Source of the DNA: a virus
UHGV virus genome: UHGV-0083306
Length of the DNA: 26,813 nt
Direction: 5' to 3' (one strand)
The notes below the pieces were generated by a model. That model made no database searches. It was not told the origin of the DNA and worked only from the letters and a program-made list of their open reading frames with translations. Position numbers and translations under genes: made by a program. Positions 18,368 through 25,715 of the stretch are shown in pieces (position 1 is the stretch's first letter; each line of letters begins with the position of its first letter).

Positions 18368-18664
18368 ATGTTTATACCAGGTATAGTGGTCGCTGTTGTA
18401 ATCATCTGCTTCATATGGGCAAAGTTATCTCCTGTAAGCTCTAAGCATACAGCTGAACTCATGAAGAAGAAGCATCTTATACATGAGGCAGAAACGATAA
18501 TTAAGAAGTTCAAAGGCATGTCATATGACGACATGTCATCAGATCAGATTGCTATGTATAAATGCGCCATTGAGCGTCTTGACTACTTAAACGGACTCAA
18601 ACCCAAACACACCCCGGTAGAATCAAAATTGCCGCAATGGCCAAGCAATCCAAATAGCTTCTGA
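18368..18664 (+). CDS. small membrane-anchored protein downstream of cI (rex position)
   Basis: 98 aa from ATG 18368 (SD GAGGA); N-terminal hydrophobic helix (MFIPGIVVAVVIICFIWA); same strand as cI and followed by a terminator. Confidence 0.5.
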   Translation: MFIPGIVVAVVIICFIWAKLSPVSSKHTAELMKKKHLIHEAETIIKKFKGMSYDDMSSDQIAMYKCAIERLDYLNGLKPKHTPVESKLPQWPSNPNSF

Positions 18665-18675
18665 CATCTCCTTTC

Positions 18676-18697
18676 AGCCCGCAAAGCGGGCTTTTTT
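18676..18697 (+). terminator. intrinsic terminator ending the cI operon
   Basis: AGCCCGC AAA GCGGGCT followed by TTTTT. Confidence 0.65.
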
Positions 18698-18717
18698 ATA
18701 TCAATCCAAAAAATTAA

Positions 18718-18802
18718 TTACCTGAAAATTCAAACAGGTAAACTCTCACACCAATTTTATTTACCTGCAGGTATAGACAACAGTTTTACCTGTAGGTATA
18801 TT
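18718..18802 (+). promoter_or_regulatory. left operator/promoter region: OL sites and pL
   Basis: TTACCTGCAGGTAT (18761-18774) and TTACCTGTAGGTAT (18786-18799), plus a wider inverted repeat TTACCTG-N10-CAGGTAA (18718-18741). pL: -35 TAGACA 18774-18779, 17-bp spacer, -10 TATATT 18797-18802; transcript then lambda-like (ATCAGCAGGACGCAC…). Confidence 0.55.
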
Positions 18803-18842
18803 TTAAGCCATCAGCAGGACGCACTAACCACCATGAAGGTGA

Positions 18843-18873
18843 GGCTCTTAAAAATTTAGCCCTGAAGAAGGGC
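18843..18873 (+). promoter_or_regulatory. nutL (boxA-like and boxB)
   Basis: GGCTCTTAAAAATTTAGCCCTGAAGAAGGGC: boxA with one mismatch, then the lambda nutL boxB hairpin GCCCTGAAGAAGGGC. Confidence 0.8.
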
Positions 18874-19141
18874 AGCATTCAAAGCAGAAGGCTTTGGGGT
18901 GTGGTGAAGCCAGCTAGTCACTGGCAAGTGCTTACCTACTGTTGAGCGGTGAAGCGCTCCCAACGCTAGCAATAGCGTGGACGAGATGGGGAGCCGCGGG
19001 CGATAAGGCCGCCATAACGCGCACGTTGTCGCATGGAAAAATCACTGGGGTGCCGGTTATACCCCTCCGAATGAGACTCAACAAGCTGGAGCTAGACTAC
19101 CAGCCACCACACCACCAAAGCTAACTGACAGGAGAATCCAG

Positions 19142-19474
19142 ATGGATGCACAAACACGCCGCCGCGAACGTCGCGCAGAGAAACAGGCTCAATGGAAAGC
19201 AGCAAATCCCCTGTTAGTTGGGGTAAGCGCCAAGCCAGACACCCGCAAAATTCTCTCGCTGACTCGAAAGCCTAAATCACGCGTAGAAAGCGCTCTGAAC
19301 CCGATTGATTTAACGGTGCTGGCTGAGTATCGGGAAGAGATGGAAAAACGCGCTGAAGCTGTTGAGCGCAAGAATCATCGCACATGGTACAGCAAGCCAC
19401 GCAGTGAAATGGGGGTGACTTGTGTTGGTCGCCAGAAAATGAAATTAGGCAGTAAGCTACTGTATGAGGGGTGA
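19142..19474 (+). CDS. N: antiterminator N (lambda-type arginine-rich motif)
   Basis: 110-aa ORF; MDAQTRRRERRAEKQAQWKAANPLLVGVSAKP… matches the lambda N N-terminus; C-terminus diverges. Confidence 0.85.
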   Translation: MDAQTRRRERRAEKQAQWKAANPLLVGVSAKPDTRKILSLTRKPKSRVESALNPIDLTVLAEYREEMEKRAEAVERKNHRTWYSKPRSEMGVTCVGRQKMKLGSKLLYEG

Positions 19475-19477
19475 GAT

Positions 19478-19666
19478 ATGCATAAATGTCAGTTCTGTGG
19501 ATACATGTTTGAATCAAATGAAATGCAACGTATTTCGTTAAACCTTATCGGTAGGCCATACAACATTTGCCTAGGATGTAGCGAGAAATACAAAAACAAA
19601 GACATGTGGGACGACAATAAAAACGATATCGACTGGAATAAAGTGCCATGTATTGATGATAGTTAA
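19478..19666 (+). CDS. small zinc-ribbon protein (62 aa)
   Basis: Two CxxC pairs (CQFCG…CLGCS); good SD GAGGGGTGAG; immediately after N. Confidence 0.5.
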   Translation: MHKCQFCGYMFESNEMQRISLNLIGRPYNICLGCSEKYKNKDMWDDNKNDIDWNKVPCIDDS

Positions 19667-19676
19667 AAATAATTAT

Positions 19677-19728
19677 GCCGCATAGTCGGCCTTCTTTTGG
19701 CATAAACAACAGAATAAACACTGCACTG
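19677..19728 (+). repeat. direct repeat copy 1 (hairpin + GGCATAAACAACAGAATAAACAC)
   Basis: About 52 bp nearly identical to 19915-19969; begins with a short GCCG…CGGC hairpin and a T-run. Confidence 0.6.
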
Positions 19729-19746
19729 AATTATTTGAGGTGAAAT

Positions 19747-19914
19747 ATGGAAATTGAAATACCAGACAGCTTCGACCCTGAATGGCAAGCAATGATGCTT
19801 CGCCAGTTAGCTGGGAACATTGAGGCACTTAAAAATCGAGAAGATGAACCTGACGAACTACTTATCGACTGCGAGGAAATTATCGAATCTCTTCGCGAAT
19901 ATTCAGGATTTTAA
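19747..19914 (+). CDS. small acidic ORF (55 aa) flanked by the direct repeats
   Basis: MEIEIPDSFDPEWQAMMLRQLAGNIEALKNREDEPDELLIDCEEIIESLREYSGF; SD GAGGTGA 7 nt upstream; below the ORF-track cutoff. Confidence 0.4.
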   Translation: MEIEIPDSFDPEWQAMMLRQLAGNIEALKNREDEPDELLIDCEEIIESLREYSGF

Positions 19915-19969
19915 GGCCGAATAGTCGGCCTTTATTTTTGGCATAAACAACAGAATAAACACAGCACTG
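19915..19969 (+). repeat. direct repeat copy 2, with terminator-like hairpin
   Basis: GGCCGA ATAG TCGGCC + TTTATTTTTGG, then GCATAAACAACAGAATAAACACAGCACTG; an 8-bp inverted repeat (TGTATTCA…TGAATACA) follows at 19970-19995. Confidence 0.6.
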
Positions 19970-20058
19970 TGTATTCATTCCAACGAGTGAATACACGGAG
20001 CAATGTCGCTCGTAACTAAACAGGAGCCGACTTGTTCTGATTATTGGAAATCTTCTTT

Positions 20059-20084
20059 GCCCTCCGATGTGAGGGCCTTTTTAT
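20059..20084 (+). terminator. intrinsic terminator within the early-left operon
   Basis: GCCCTC CGATGT GAGGGC followed by CTTTTTAT. Confidence 0.6.
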
Positions 20085-20148
20085 ATGCATATCAATAACG
20101 CTTCACTTGAGGCGTTTTCGTTATGCAATCAAACAGAAGGAGCATCCT

Positions 20149-20319
20149 ATGCAACAGTTCGCTATTGCAGGGGCGGCATCGGTTCGCCCTTTCAACCCGA
20201 TTTTATCGGTACAGCATTCACGAAAAAATATTTTAACCGGAGCAGACTTTAAACAACCAAGAATGAAAAGTTTGCTCGAAAAGCTTTGGGATATTTTGAA
20301 ACAACAAGGCCGTCCATGA
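20149..20319 (+). CDS. cIII: CIII-like protein (putative FtsH inhibitor)
   Basis: 56 aa from ATG 20149 (SD AAGGAG, 6-nt spacing): MQQFAIAGAASV…KSLLEKLWDILKQQGRP, resembling lambda CIII (MQYAIAG…ESLLERI…LIDILNQPG). Confidence 0.5.
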   Translation: MQQFAIAGAASVRPFNPILSVQHSRKNILTGADFKQPRMKSLLEKLWDILKQQGRP

Positions 20320-20394
20320 GTTTTACAGATAACTGGTCAGACGAAGAATTCATTCGTCAGATGAAAGAATTAATCGGTAACGAAGGAGATATTC

Positions 20395-20583
20395 ATGTCA
20401 CTTGCAACCACAGTGAAGGAGAGCAAGTTACAGAGGCGCATGTACACGCAGCAGGCGTTAATGTATCGCCAGAAGGGAGATCGTGAAGGTGTTCGCGTAT
20501 TTTTAAATGCGGCAAAGACTGAAGTATTAAATCAGCGTTATTTCCTTGGGCCATGTCCATTCTTAGAACAAACATATGAGTAA
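20395..20583 (+). CDS. small protein coupled to erf (Arf/Kil position)
   Basis: 62-aa ORF with strong SD AAGGAGAT; its 3' end overlaps the erf start by 8 nt. Confidence 0.45.
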   Translation: MSLATTVKESKLQRRMYTQQALMYRQKGDREGVRVFLNAAKTEVLNQRYFLGPCPFLEQTYE

Positions 20584-21181
20584 AGAATTTTACGCAAGAC
20601 TGGCAGCTATTCAGGAGAATCTGAACGCGCCAAAGAATCAGTACAACTCATTCGGTAAATATAAATACAGAAGCTGCGAAGACATTCTTGAAGGCGTTAA
20701 GCCGTTACTGAATGGTCTGTTTTTATCAATCAGCGATGAAGTTGTGTTGATTGGTGATCGGTATTACGTGAAAGCCACGGCAACTATTACTGATGGCGAA
20801 AACAGTCATACGGCAACCGCTCTTGCACGAGAGGAAGAAAGCAAGAAAGGAATGGATTCTGCACAAGTTACGGGAGCTACAAGCTCTTATGCACGCAAGT
20901 ATTGCCTCAATGGTTTGTTCGGCATTGATGATGCGAAAGATGCAGATACAGACGAGCATAAACATCAGCAGAACGCAGTAGCAAAGCAATCAAAACCATC
21001 ACCTACACCTGAACAGGTTCTAAAAGCATTCACTGACGCAGCAATGCAGAAAAACACCGTGGAAGAGCTTAAACAGGCGTTCGCCAAAGCGTGGAAGATG
21101 CTCGAAGGCACACCGGAGCAGCACAAAGCGCAGGACGTTTACAACATCAGACGAGACGAATTAGAAGGAGCGGCTGCTTAA
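20576..21181 (+). CDS. erf: Erf single-strand annealing recombinase (P22 Erf-like)
   Basis: 201-aa ORF; MSKEFYARLAAIQENLNAPKNQYNSFGKYKYRSCEDILEGVKPLL… matches remembered P22 Erf. Confidence 0.85.
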   Translation: MSKEFYARLAAIQENLNAPKNQYNSFGKYKYRSCEDILEGVKPLLNGLFLSISDEVVLIGDRYYVKATATITDGENSHTATALAREEESKKGMDSAQVTGATSSYARKYCLNGLFGIDDAKDADTDEHKHQQNAVAKQSKPSPTPEQVLKAFTDAAMQKNTVEELKQAFAKAWKMLEGTPEQHKAQDVYNIRRDELEGAAA

Positions 21182-21564
21182 TGGCACATTCGATTACTGT
21201 AAGACTAAACAAGCCCGCAAGAGAGTTTCAGGCCGGGGAAAATATCGGATTCAACATCCGTGCTGGCGTTCAGTATTACGATCGCCAGACAAAAAAGAAA
21301 GAATGGACAAACTACAGCGCCGTTGTATTTGCCAAGCCGGGAGCGCAAGCGGATTACTACCGTAGCGTTCTGGATGAAGGAGGCATTGTGGAAATTACCG
21401 GAGAAAACATCAGGGTTGATGTTTATCAGGGGCAAAATGGTCAATCAATCACTCTTGAATTACTGAATGCAAAGATTGGATTTGCAGCTTCAGGAAATGG
21501 CCCGCAGCAGCAAAGTAGTAACCAGCAGAACACTCCTGTATACGACGATTCCATCCCATTCTGA
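21181..21564 (+). CDS. SSB-like protein with C-terminal DDSIPF tail
   Basis: 127 aa from ATG 21181 (SD AGGAG; overlaps erf stop TAATG); Gly/Gln-rich linker ending …YDDSIPF, like the SSB acidic tip DDDIPF. Confidence 0.6.
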   Translation: MAHSITVRLNKPAREFQAGENIGFNIRAGVQYYDRQTKKKEWTNYSAVVFAKPGAQADYYRSVLDEGGIVEITGENIRVDVYQGQNGQSITLELLNAKIGFAASGNGPQQQSSNQQNTPVYDDSIPF

Positions 21565-21587
21565 TTCAGAAAAATAAGGATTTAATC

Positions 21588-21884
21588 ATGCCAGCGCCTC
21601 AGTATGGTGCGGATGACCCGCGCCGCTGTTCCGGCAATTCCGTATCGGAGGTGCTGGATAAATTCAGAAAAAACTACGACCTGATAATGTCGCTACCGCA
21701 GGAAACGAAAGAGGAAAAGGAATTTCGCCATTGTATATGGCTTGCAGAGAAAGAAGAACGAGAGCGAATTTACCAGACATCAATCCGACCATTCCGTAAA
21801 GCCACATATACCCACTTCCCTGAATATATCGACCCGCGCCTGCGTAATTACCGCTCACGCTATGGCGCTATCAGTAATGACTGA
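21588..21884 (+). CDS. hypothetical protein (98 aa), possible Abc2-like anti-RecBCD
   Basis: Size and position after erf/ssb fit P22 Abc2; not confirmed by sequence recall. Confidence 0.35.
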   Translation: MPAPQYGADDPRRCSGNSVSEVLDKFRKNYDLIMSLPQETKEEKEFRHCIWLAEKEERERIYQTSIRPFRKATYTHFPEYIDPRLRNYRSRYGAISND

Positions 21885-21894
21885 GGAATTTACC

Positions 21895-22062
21895 ATGAGA
21901 GGACTTGCATACAATCCCGGCATTCTTCCGGCAGAAATGATTATTCGCCAACGCGTAAAGCCAATGCCATCGAGAGAGGAATTGCTTAAGAGAAATAGTT
22001 TCGGTTCTGTTAATGACAACAAATATCTGAATGCGATGTGGCGCAAAGGAGGCAACCAGTGA
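21895..22062 (+). CDS. small hypothetical protein (55 aa)
   Basis: ATG 21895 preceded by SD GAGGAA; in frame with the longer track ORF 21742-22062, which overlaps the upstream gene. Confidence 0.35.
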   Translation: MRGLAYNPGILPAEMIIRQRVKPMPSREELLKRNSFGSVNDNKYLNAMWRKGGNQ

Positions 22063-22670
22063 GCAAGATTGACTATCAGGTACTGCGTGAGGCAGCAGTA
22101 GCAATTGAAACAGTAGCAACGCCTCAAAAATTGCTGGCATTTCGTATGAAAGTAACACCTCAGGTTGTGCTGGCTCTACTGGATGAACGAGATGCATTAA
22201 ATGAACGCCTAGCCGAACTGGAGGCTGATTTAGCAGGGCTGGCCGAAGACCACCAGAAAGCGACTGAGTCAATTAAGCAGGCTGATGCAGCTGTTAAGTT
22301 GGCACACGAGAAGTTTTCGGCGCTGGCGGCGGAGAATGCGATGTTGAAGCAACGGACACAGCAACTTATCGACATCATTAGTAATACTGACAATGACTAC
22401 TGCATGTGTGGTTCTGCTATGAAAGACCACGTGCACAGCGGATGTGGTTATCCTACTGGCATGTTCGATTATTACTACAACCAGTGGCTGGAGTCAGATA
22501 ACAAAACCCCAGCCACCGATGCTTTTCTGGCTGAAGTGCGGGCGCAGGGTGTGGATTCAGCGATTAACACAGTCATTGCGATGATGAACCATCAGCATCC
22601 TGTCACATCGAAGGCAATCGACATAATGCGCGTCCATGCCTACCAAATTCGCAAAGGAGTGCAGTCATGA
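22059..22670 (+). CDS. Ead/Ea22-like protein, paralog 1 (Cys/His-rich C-terminus)
   Basis: GTG start with SD AAAGGAGG; N-terminus [14 protein letters not shown]… and coiled coil ([18 protein letters not shown]) shared with 22936-23472; C-terminus …[18 protein letters not shown]…. Confidence 0.55.
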   Translation: MSKIDYQVLREAAVAIETVATPQKLLAFRMKVTPQVVLALLDERDALNERLAELEADLAGLAEDHQKATESIKQADAAVKLAHEKFSALAAENAMLKQRTQQLIDIISNTDNDYCMCGSAMKDHVHSGCGYPTGMFDYYYNQWLESDNKTPATDAFLAEVRAQGVDSAINTVIAMMNHQHPVTSKAIDIMRVHAYQIRKGVQS

Positions 22671-22939
22671 GAAAATCATACATCGTTATTCAGCAGTACT
22701 GGTGGTGCAACGAGAAAGGCCATGGAGTTGAATACACGACAGACGGCGTTGACTTCGATAAGCGCGATAAGGCAATCAAGCATGGTCTGAAAACACAAGG
22801 TAGTGATGATTTCAACATCGGCGTTATCGAAGGCGGTAAGCTTGTTTCCTTCGACTGGATGAATGAGCCAGTGGGTGAAAGTGCAGAGACACTTGCTGAA
22901 ATTGCAGAAGCCATCGGTTACGAAGGAACCGCCCAATGA
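22667..22939 (+). CDS. hypothetical protein (90 aa)
   Basis: ORF coupled by ATGA overlap at both ends. Confidence 0.5.
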   Translation: MRKSYIVIQQYWWCNEKGHGVEYTTDGVDFDKRDKAIKHGLKTQGSDDFNIGVIEGGKLVSFDWMNEPVGESAETLAEIAEAIGYEGTAQ

Positions 22940-23472
22940 GCAACATCGACAAACAGGCGCTGCGTGAAATCGCAGCGGCAGCAGTTGGCGCACATGAGCG
23001 CCTTAGTGTTATGCCGCCTGATGACATTTTCGATATCTCACTGGCAGAAGGAACTCAGCTTGATGCAGATATCACTGCCTTGAACGCGCTGAACTCCGCA
23101 GCAAACCCCACTACCGTGCTGGCGATGCTGGATGAGTTGGAAGCCGCAGAGAAGCGCATAGCAGAACTGGAGGGGGGCGCATTCAATCCCGCAATTCTTG
23201 ATGTGGTAGCAGAACGCCAGCGGCAACAGTCGGTTGAAGGATGGACTCCTGAACATGACAACGCATATCAAAATAGCGAATTAGCAGATGCAGCGGCTTG
23301 TTACGCAATTCATGCGCACAACCAAGGTTTCTCCACTCCAGCACATTGGCCGTGGTCTCCTGACTGGTGGAAGCAATCAGGAGCACGCCGCGACTTAGTA
23401 AAAGCTGGCGCTCTTATTCTGGCTGAAATCGAACGCATAGACCGCGCCGCTGGCATCGGTAAGGGGGAGTGA
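22936..23472 (+). CDS. Ead/Ea22-like protein, paralog 2 (possible DUF550-type C-terminus)
   Basis: N-terminus MSNIDKQALREIAAAAV… and VLAMLDELEAAEKRIAELE parallel 22059-22670; distinct C-terminus (EGWTPEHDNAYQNSELADAAACYAIHAHN…WPWSPDWWK). Confidence 0.55.
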   Translation: MSNIDKQALREIAAAAVGAHERLSVMPPDDIFDISLAEGTQLDADITALNALNSAANPTTVLAMLDELEAAEKRIAELEGGAFNPAILDVVAERQRQQSVEGWTPEHDNAYQNSELADAAACYAIHAHNQGFSTPAHWPWSPDWWKQSGARRDLVKAGALILAEIERIDRAAGIGKGE

Positions 23473-23903
23473 TGCTTCAACATCAAATGCAGCCAACATT
23501 TAACACCTGCATGGCTACCTGCGTTGCAATGGTTGCCGGTCAACCTGTCGATGAGGTAGTGGAACGCTGGCATCAGAAATTCCACGACAAAACAGACTGG
23601 CTCGACGACGCGCTGGATTATTACAAAATCCCGTATTTTTACGGAAGCCAGCGCAAGGCCGAATTGCTTTACGGGTTTATTTACTTCCTGACCGTTCCGT
23701 CACTGAACATCAAAGGCGGCCTGCATCAGATTCTGATGTCGTTAACGGCAGAACGCGGCATAGAAGTATTTGACCCGGCAATGGGTCGGCCAGGATCAAA
23801 ATATTACGTTTGGGGTGAAGCGCAGAACGATGATCAATTCGGCGTTATCTCCTGGTGCGTCGATTTATCGGTTCCGGTAGTGCAACAGAAAGGTGAGGAC
23901 TAA
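23469..23903 (+). CDS. hypothetical protein (144 aa), possible cysteine-peptidase-like fold
   Basis: N-terminal Q…NTC…TC…G motif, later His (GGLHQILMS); weak resemblance to C39-type peptidases; speculative. Confidence 0.4.
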   Translation: MMLQHQMQPTFNTCMATCVAMVAGQPVDEVVERWHQKFHDKTDWLDDALDYYKIPYFYGSQRKAELLYGFIYFLTVPSLNIKGGLHQILMSLTAERGIEVFDPAMGRPGSKYYVWGEAQNDDQFGVISWCVDLSVPVVQQKGED

Positions 23904-23906
23904 CCC

Positions 23907-24758
23907 ATGAGCACTATTACCAAAGAACGTATTGAATTGTTCATTAAAAATCCGCTTGAAAACGGGCTTACCCGTGGTGAACAAATGGAACTGGCACGGA
24001 TTGCGCTGGCATCGCTCGAAGCGGAGCCGGTGGCGTGGTTGCTGTCAGGAGGCGGGGAAAAAAACAACGTCAGCTTCGATAGTGGCAATGCTTATGCCGA
24101 CCCGCTGCGAGAAGTAACGCCGCTTTACGCCTCCCCGCCAGCGCCGGTATCTGTGCCTGATTTGAAACCAGTTGGCTTTTTATTCGTGTCCGATGATGGC
24201 TCAGTTGCTTATTCTCCTGCTGGCTGGCCCATGAAAGGATTTAATCTAATCGGTCCGATTTACGGTGATGTGAACGCCTGCCGCGCCGCCATGCTTCAGT
24301 CCGATGGTACCCTCACCAATGAAGGTACCATGCAGTTGTCCGGTAATTCCGAACAAATCGAACCCGTAAGTAATCGTGATGAGTTGCCGTTGGACTATCT
24401 GCAAGGTCACAAAGACGGCCTTGAATGGGCGGCGCAACTGGCAGAGGCCAATCATCCGCAAACAGGTGACTGGTTATACGACGACCCAATCGATCTTGCC
24501 AGGGCGATTCGCAAAGGTCCGGATATGCCTACTGTTCAGGCTGGCAACTCTCCGGTAACTCCGGATGGTTGGATTCCGGTAAGCAAAAGGATGCCGGAGC
24601 CTTATGAATACGTTCTTGTAACTGATGGTTTTGATGGCTGTGAGGTTATGCGTGTTAATACAGATGGCTACTGGGGGCCGACAAAGAGTTTATATCCAGG
24701 TGGTATTACCCACTGGATGCCACTACCGGAACCACCGCAGGAGGTTAACCGTGGCTAA
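23907..24758 (+). CDS. DUF551 domain protein
   Basis: 283-aa ORF ending …DGFDGCEVMRVNTDGYWGPTKSLYPGGITHWMPLPEPP, a C-terminal signature recalled from DUF551 prophage proteins. Confidence 0.55.
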   Translation: MSTITKERIELFIKNPLENGLTRGEQMELARIALASLEAEPVAWLLSGGGEKNNVSFDSGNAYADPLREVTPLYASPPAPVSVPDLKPVGFLFVSDDGSVAYSPAGWPMKGFNLIGPIYGDVNACRAAMLQSDGTLTNEGTMQLSGNSEQIEPVSNRDELPLDYLQGHKDGLEWAAQLAEANHPQTGDWLYDDPIDLARAIRKGPDMPTVQAGNSPVTPDGWIPVSKRMPEPYEYVLVTDGFDGCEVMRVNTDGYWGPTKSLYPGGITHWMPLPEPPQEVNRG

Positions 24759-25035
24759 CCTGCAACTAGCCGTTAAAGGTGAATACTTCGATGCCATCAT
24801 TCGCGGAGAGAAAACGGAAGAGTATCGCCTGTGTAATGACTACTGGAATAAGCGAATTATGTTCAGGGAGTATGACCGCCTGATTATCACAAAGGGATAT
24901 CCGAAGCGCGACGATTCCAGCCGCAGAATTGATGTTCCGTATGACGGATATGAAATCAAGACAATCACACATCCGCACTTCGGCGATAAACCGGTAAAGG
25001 TGTTCGCGATAAAGGTGAATATCGGCAATGAATAA
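24751..25035 (+). CDS. small protein (94 aa), possibly ASCH/PUA-like
   Basis: GTG start with SD AGGAGG; …LAVKGEYFDAIIRGEKTEEYR… resembles the N-terminal ASCH motif; weak. Confidence 0.4.
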   Translation: MANLQLAVKGEYFDAIIRGEKTEEYRLCNDYWNKRIMFREYDRLIITKGYPKRDDSSRRIDVPYDGYEIKTITHPHFGDKPVKVFAIKVNIGNE

Positions 25036-25094
25036 CAATCCTCGAACTCGCGGGGATTTCTTTTATCTGAACTCGCTACGGCGGGTTTTGTTTT

Positions 25095-25406
25095 ATGGAG
25101 ATGATTATGGTCTGTTCAACATTCAACCCTCTAACGTTACAGAAATACCAGCCAGACCCTGAAGATTTATGCTCACTGTGTGGCGGAAATCATGGAAAAG
25201 CCGCCATGATCGAATGTAAGGACAAAATCCACATATGCCTTAATTGCGTTGATGTCCTCGTTGATATCAAAAATGAAAGAGAAGATAAAAAGCGTAGCGA
25301 GGCTATTCGCGCCTTAGATTCATGGATGCGAGATGGGTATAGTGCTGCGCAAATTTATGACTTAGCAATATCAAAAGGCGAAATACCAGGAGTGCGTATC
25401 GAATAA
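25095..25406 (+). CDS. hypothetical zinc-ribbon protein (Ea8.5 position)
   Basis: 103-aa ORF with CSLCGG…CLNC; immediately upstream of xis. Confidence 0.5.
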   Translation: MEMIMVCSTFNPLTLQKYQPDPEDLCSLCGGNHGKAAMIECKDKIHICLNCVDVLVDIKNEREDKKRSEAIRALDSWMRDGYSAAQIYDLAISKGEIPGVRIE

Positions 25407-25447
25407 GACGTAACCAATATTCGATTTGAAGAACTGAAAGAACACCA

Positions 25448-25470
25448 AGCCGCCTGATGGCGGTTTTTTC
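25448..25470 (+). terminator. intrinsic terminator upstream of xis
   Basis: CCGCC TGAT GGCGG followed by TTTTTTC. Confidence 0.55.
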
Positions 25471-25496
25471 TTGCGTGTAATTGCGGAGACTTTGCG

Positions 25497-25715
25497 ATGT
25501 ACTTGACACTTCAGGAGTGGAACGCACGCCAGCGACGCCCAAGAAGCCTTGAAACAGTTCGTCGATGGGTACGCGAGTGCAGGATATTCCCTCCTCCGGT
25601 TAAGGATGGAAGAGAGTATCTGTTCCACGAATCAGCGGTAAAGGTTGACTTAAATCGACCAGTAACAGGTAGCCTTTTGAAGAGGATCAGAAATGGGAAG
25701 AAGGCGAAGTCATGA
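25497..25715 (+). CDS. xis: excisionase Xis (lambda)
   Basis: 72-aa ORF MYLTLQEWNARQRRPRSLETVRRWVRECRIFPPPVKDGREYLFHESAVKVDLNRPVTG… matches lambda Xis; overlaps int. Confidence 0.92.
   Translation: MYLTLQEWNARQRRPRSLETVRRWVRECRIFPPPVKDGREYLFHESAVKVDLNRPVTGSLLKRIRNGKKAKS

Noticed and set aside
18942-19124. 60-aa ORF in the pL leader upstream of N
   Set aside because: It lies in the long N leader downstream of nutL, has no SD, and the region is otherwise lambda-like non-coding leader.
19677-19969. Direct repeats considered as a possible CRISPR array
   Set aside because: Only two copies, about 52 bp long, 186 bp apart, with a protein-coding spacer and no cas genes.
20316-20486. Alternative 56-aa ORF (MSFTDNWSDEEF…) overlapping the 62-aa gene at 20395-20583
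   Set aside because: Its ATG overlaps the cIII-like stop (ATGA) but has only a weak SD, and it overlaps the better-supported 20395-20583 ORF by about 90 nt in another frame. It may still be real; it cannot be resolved without comparative data.
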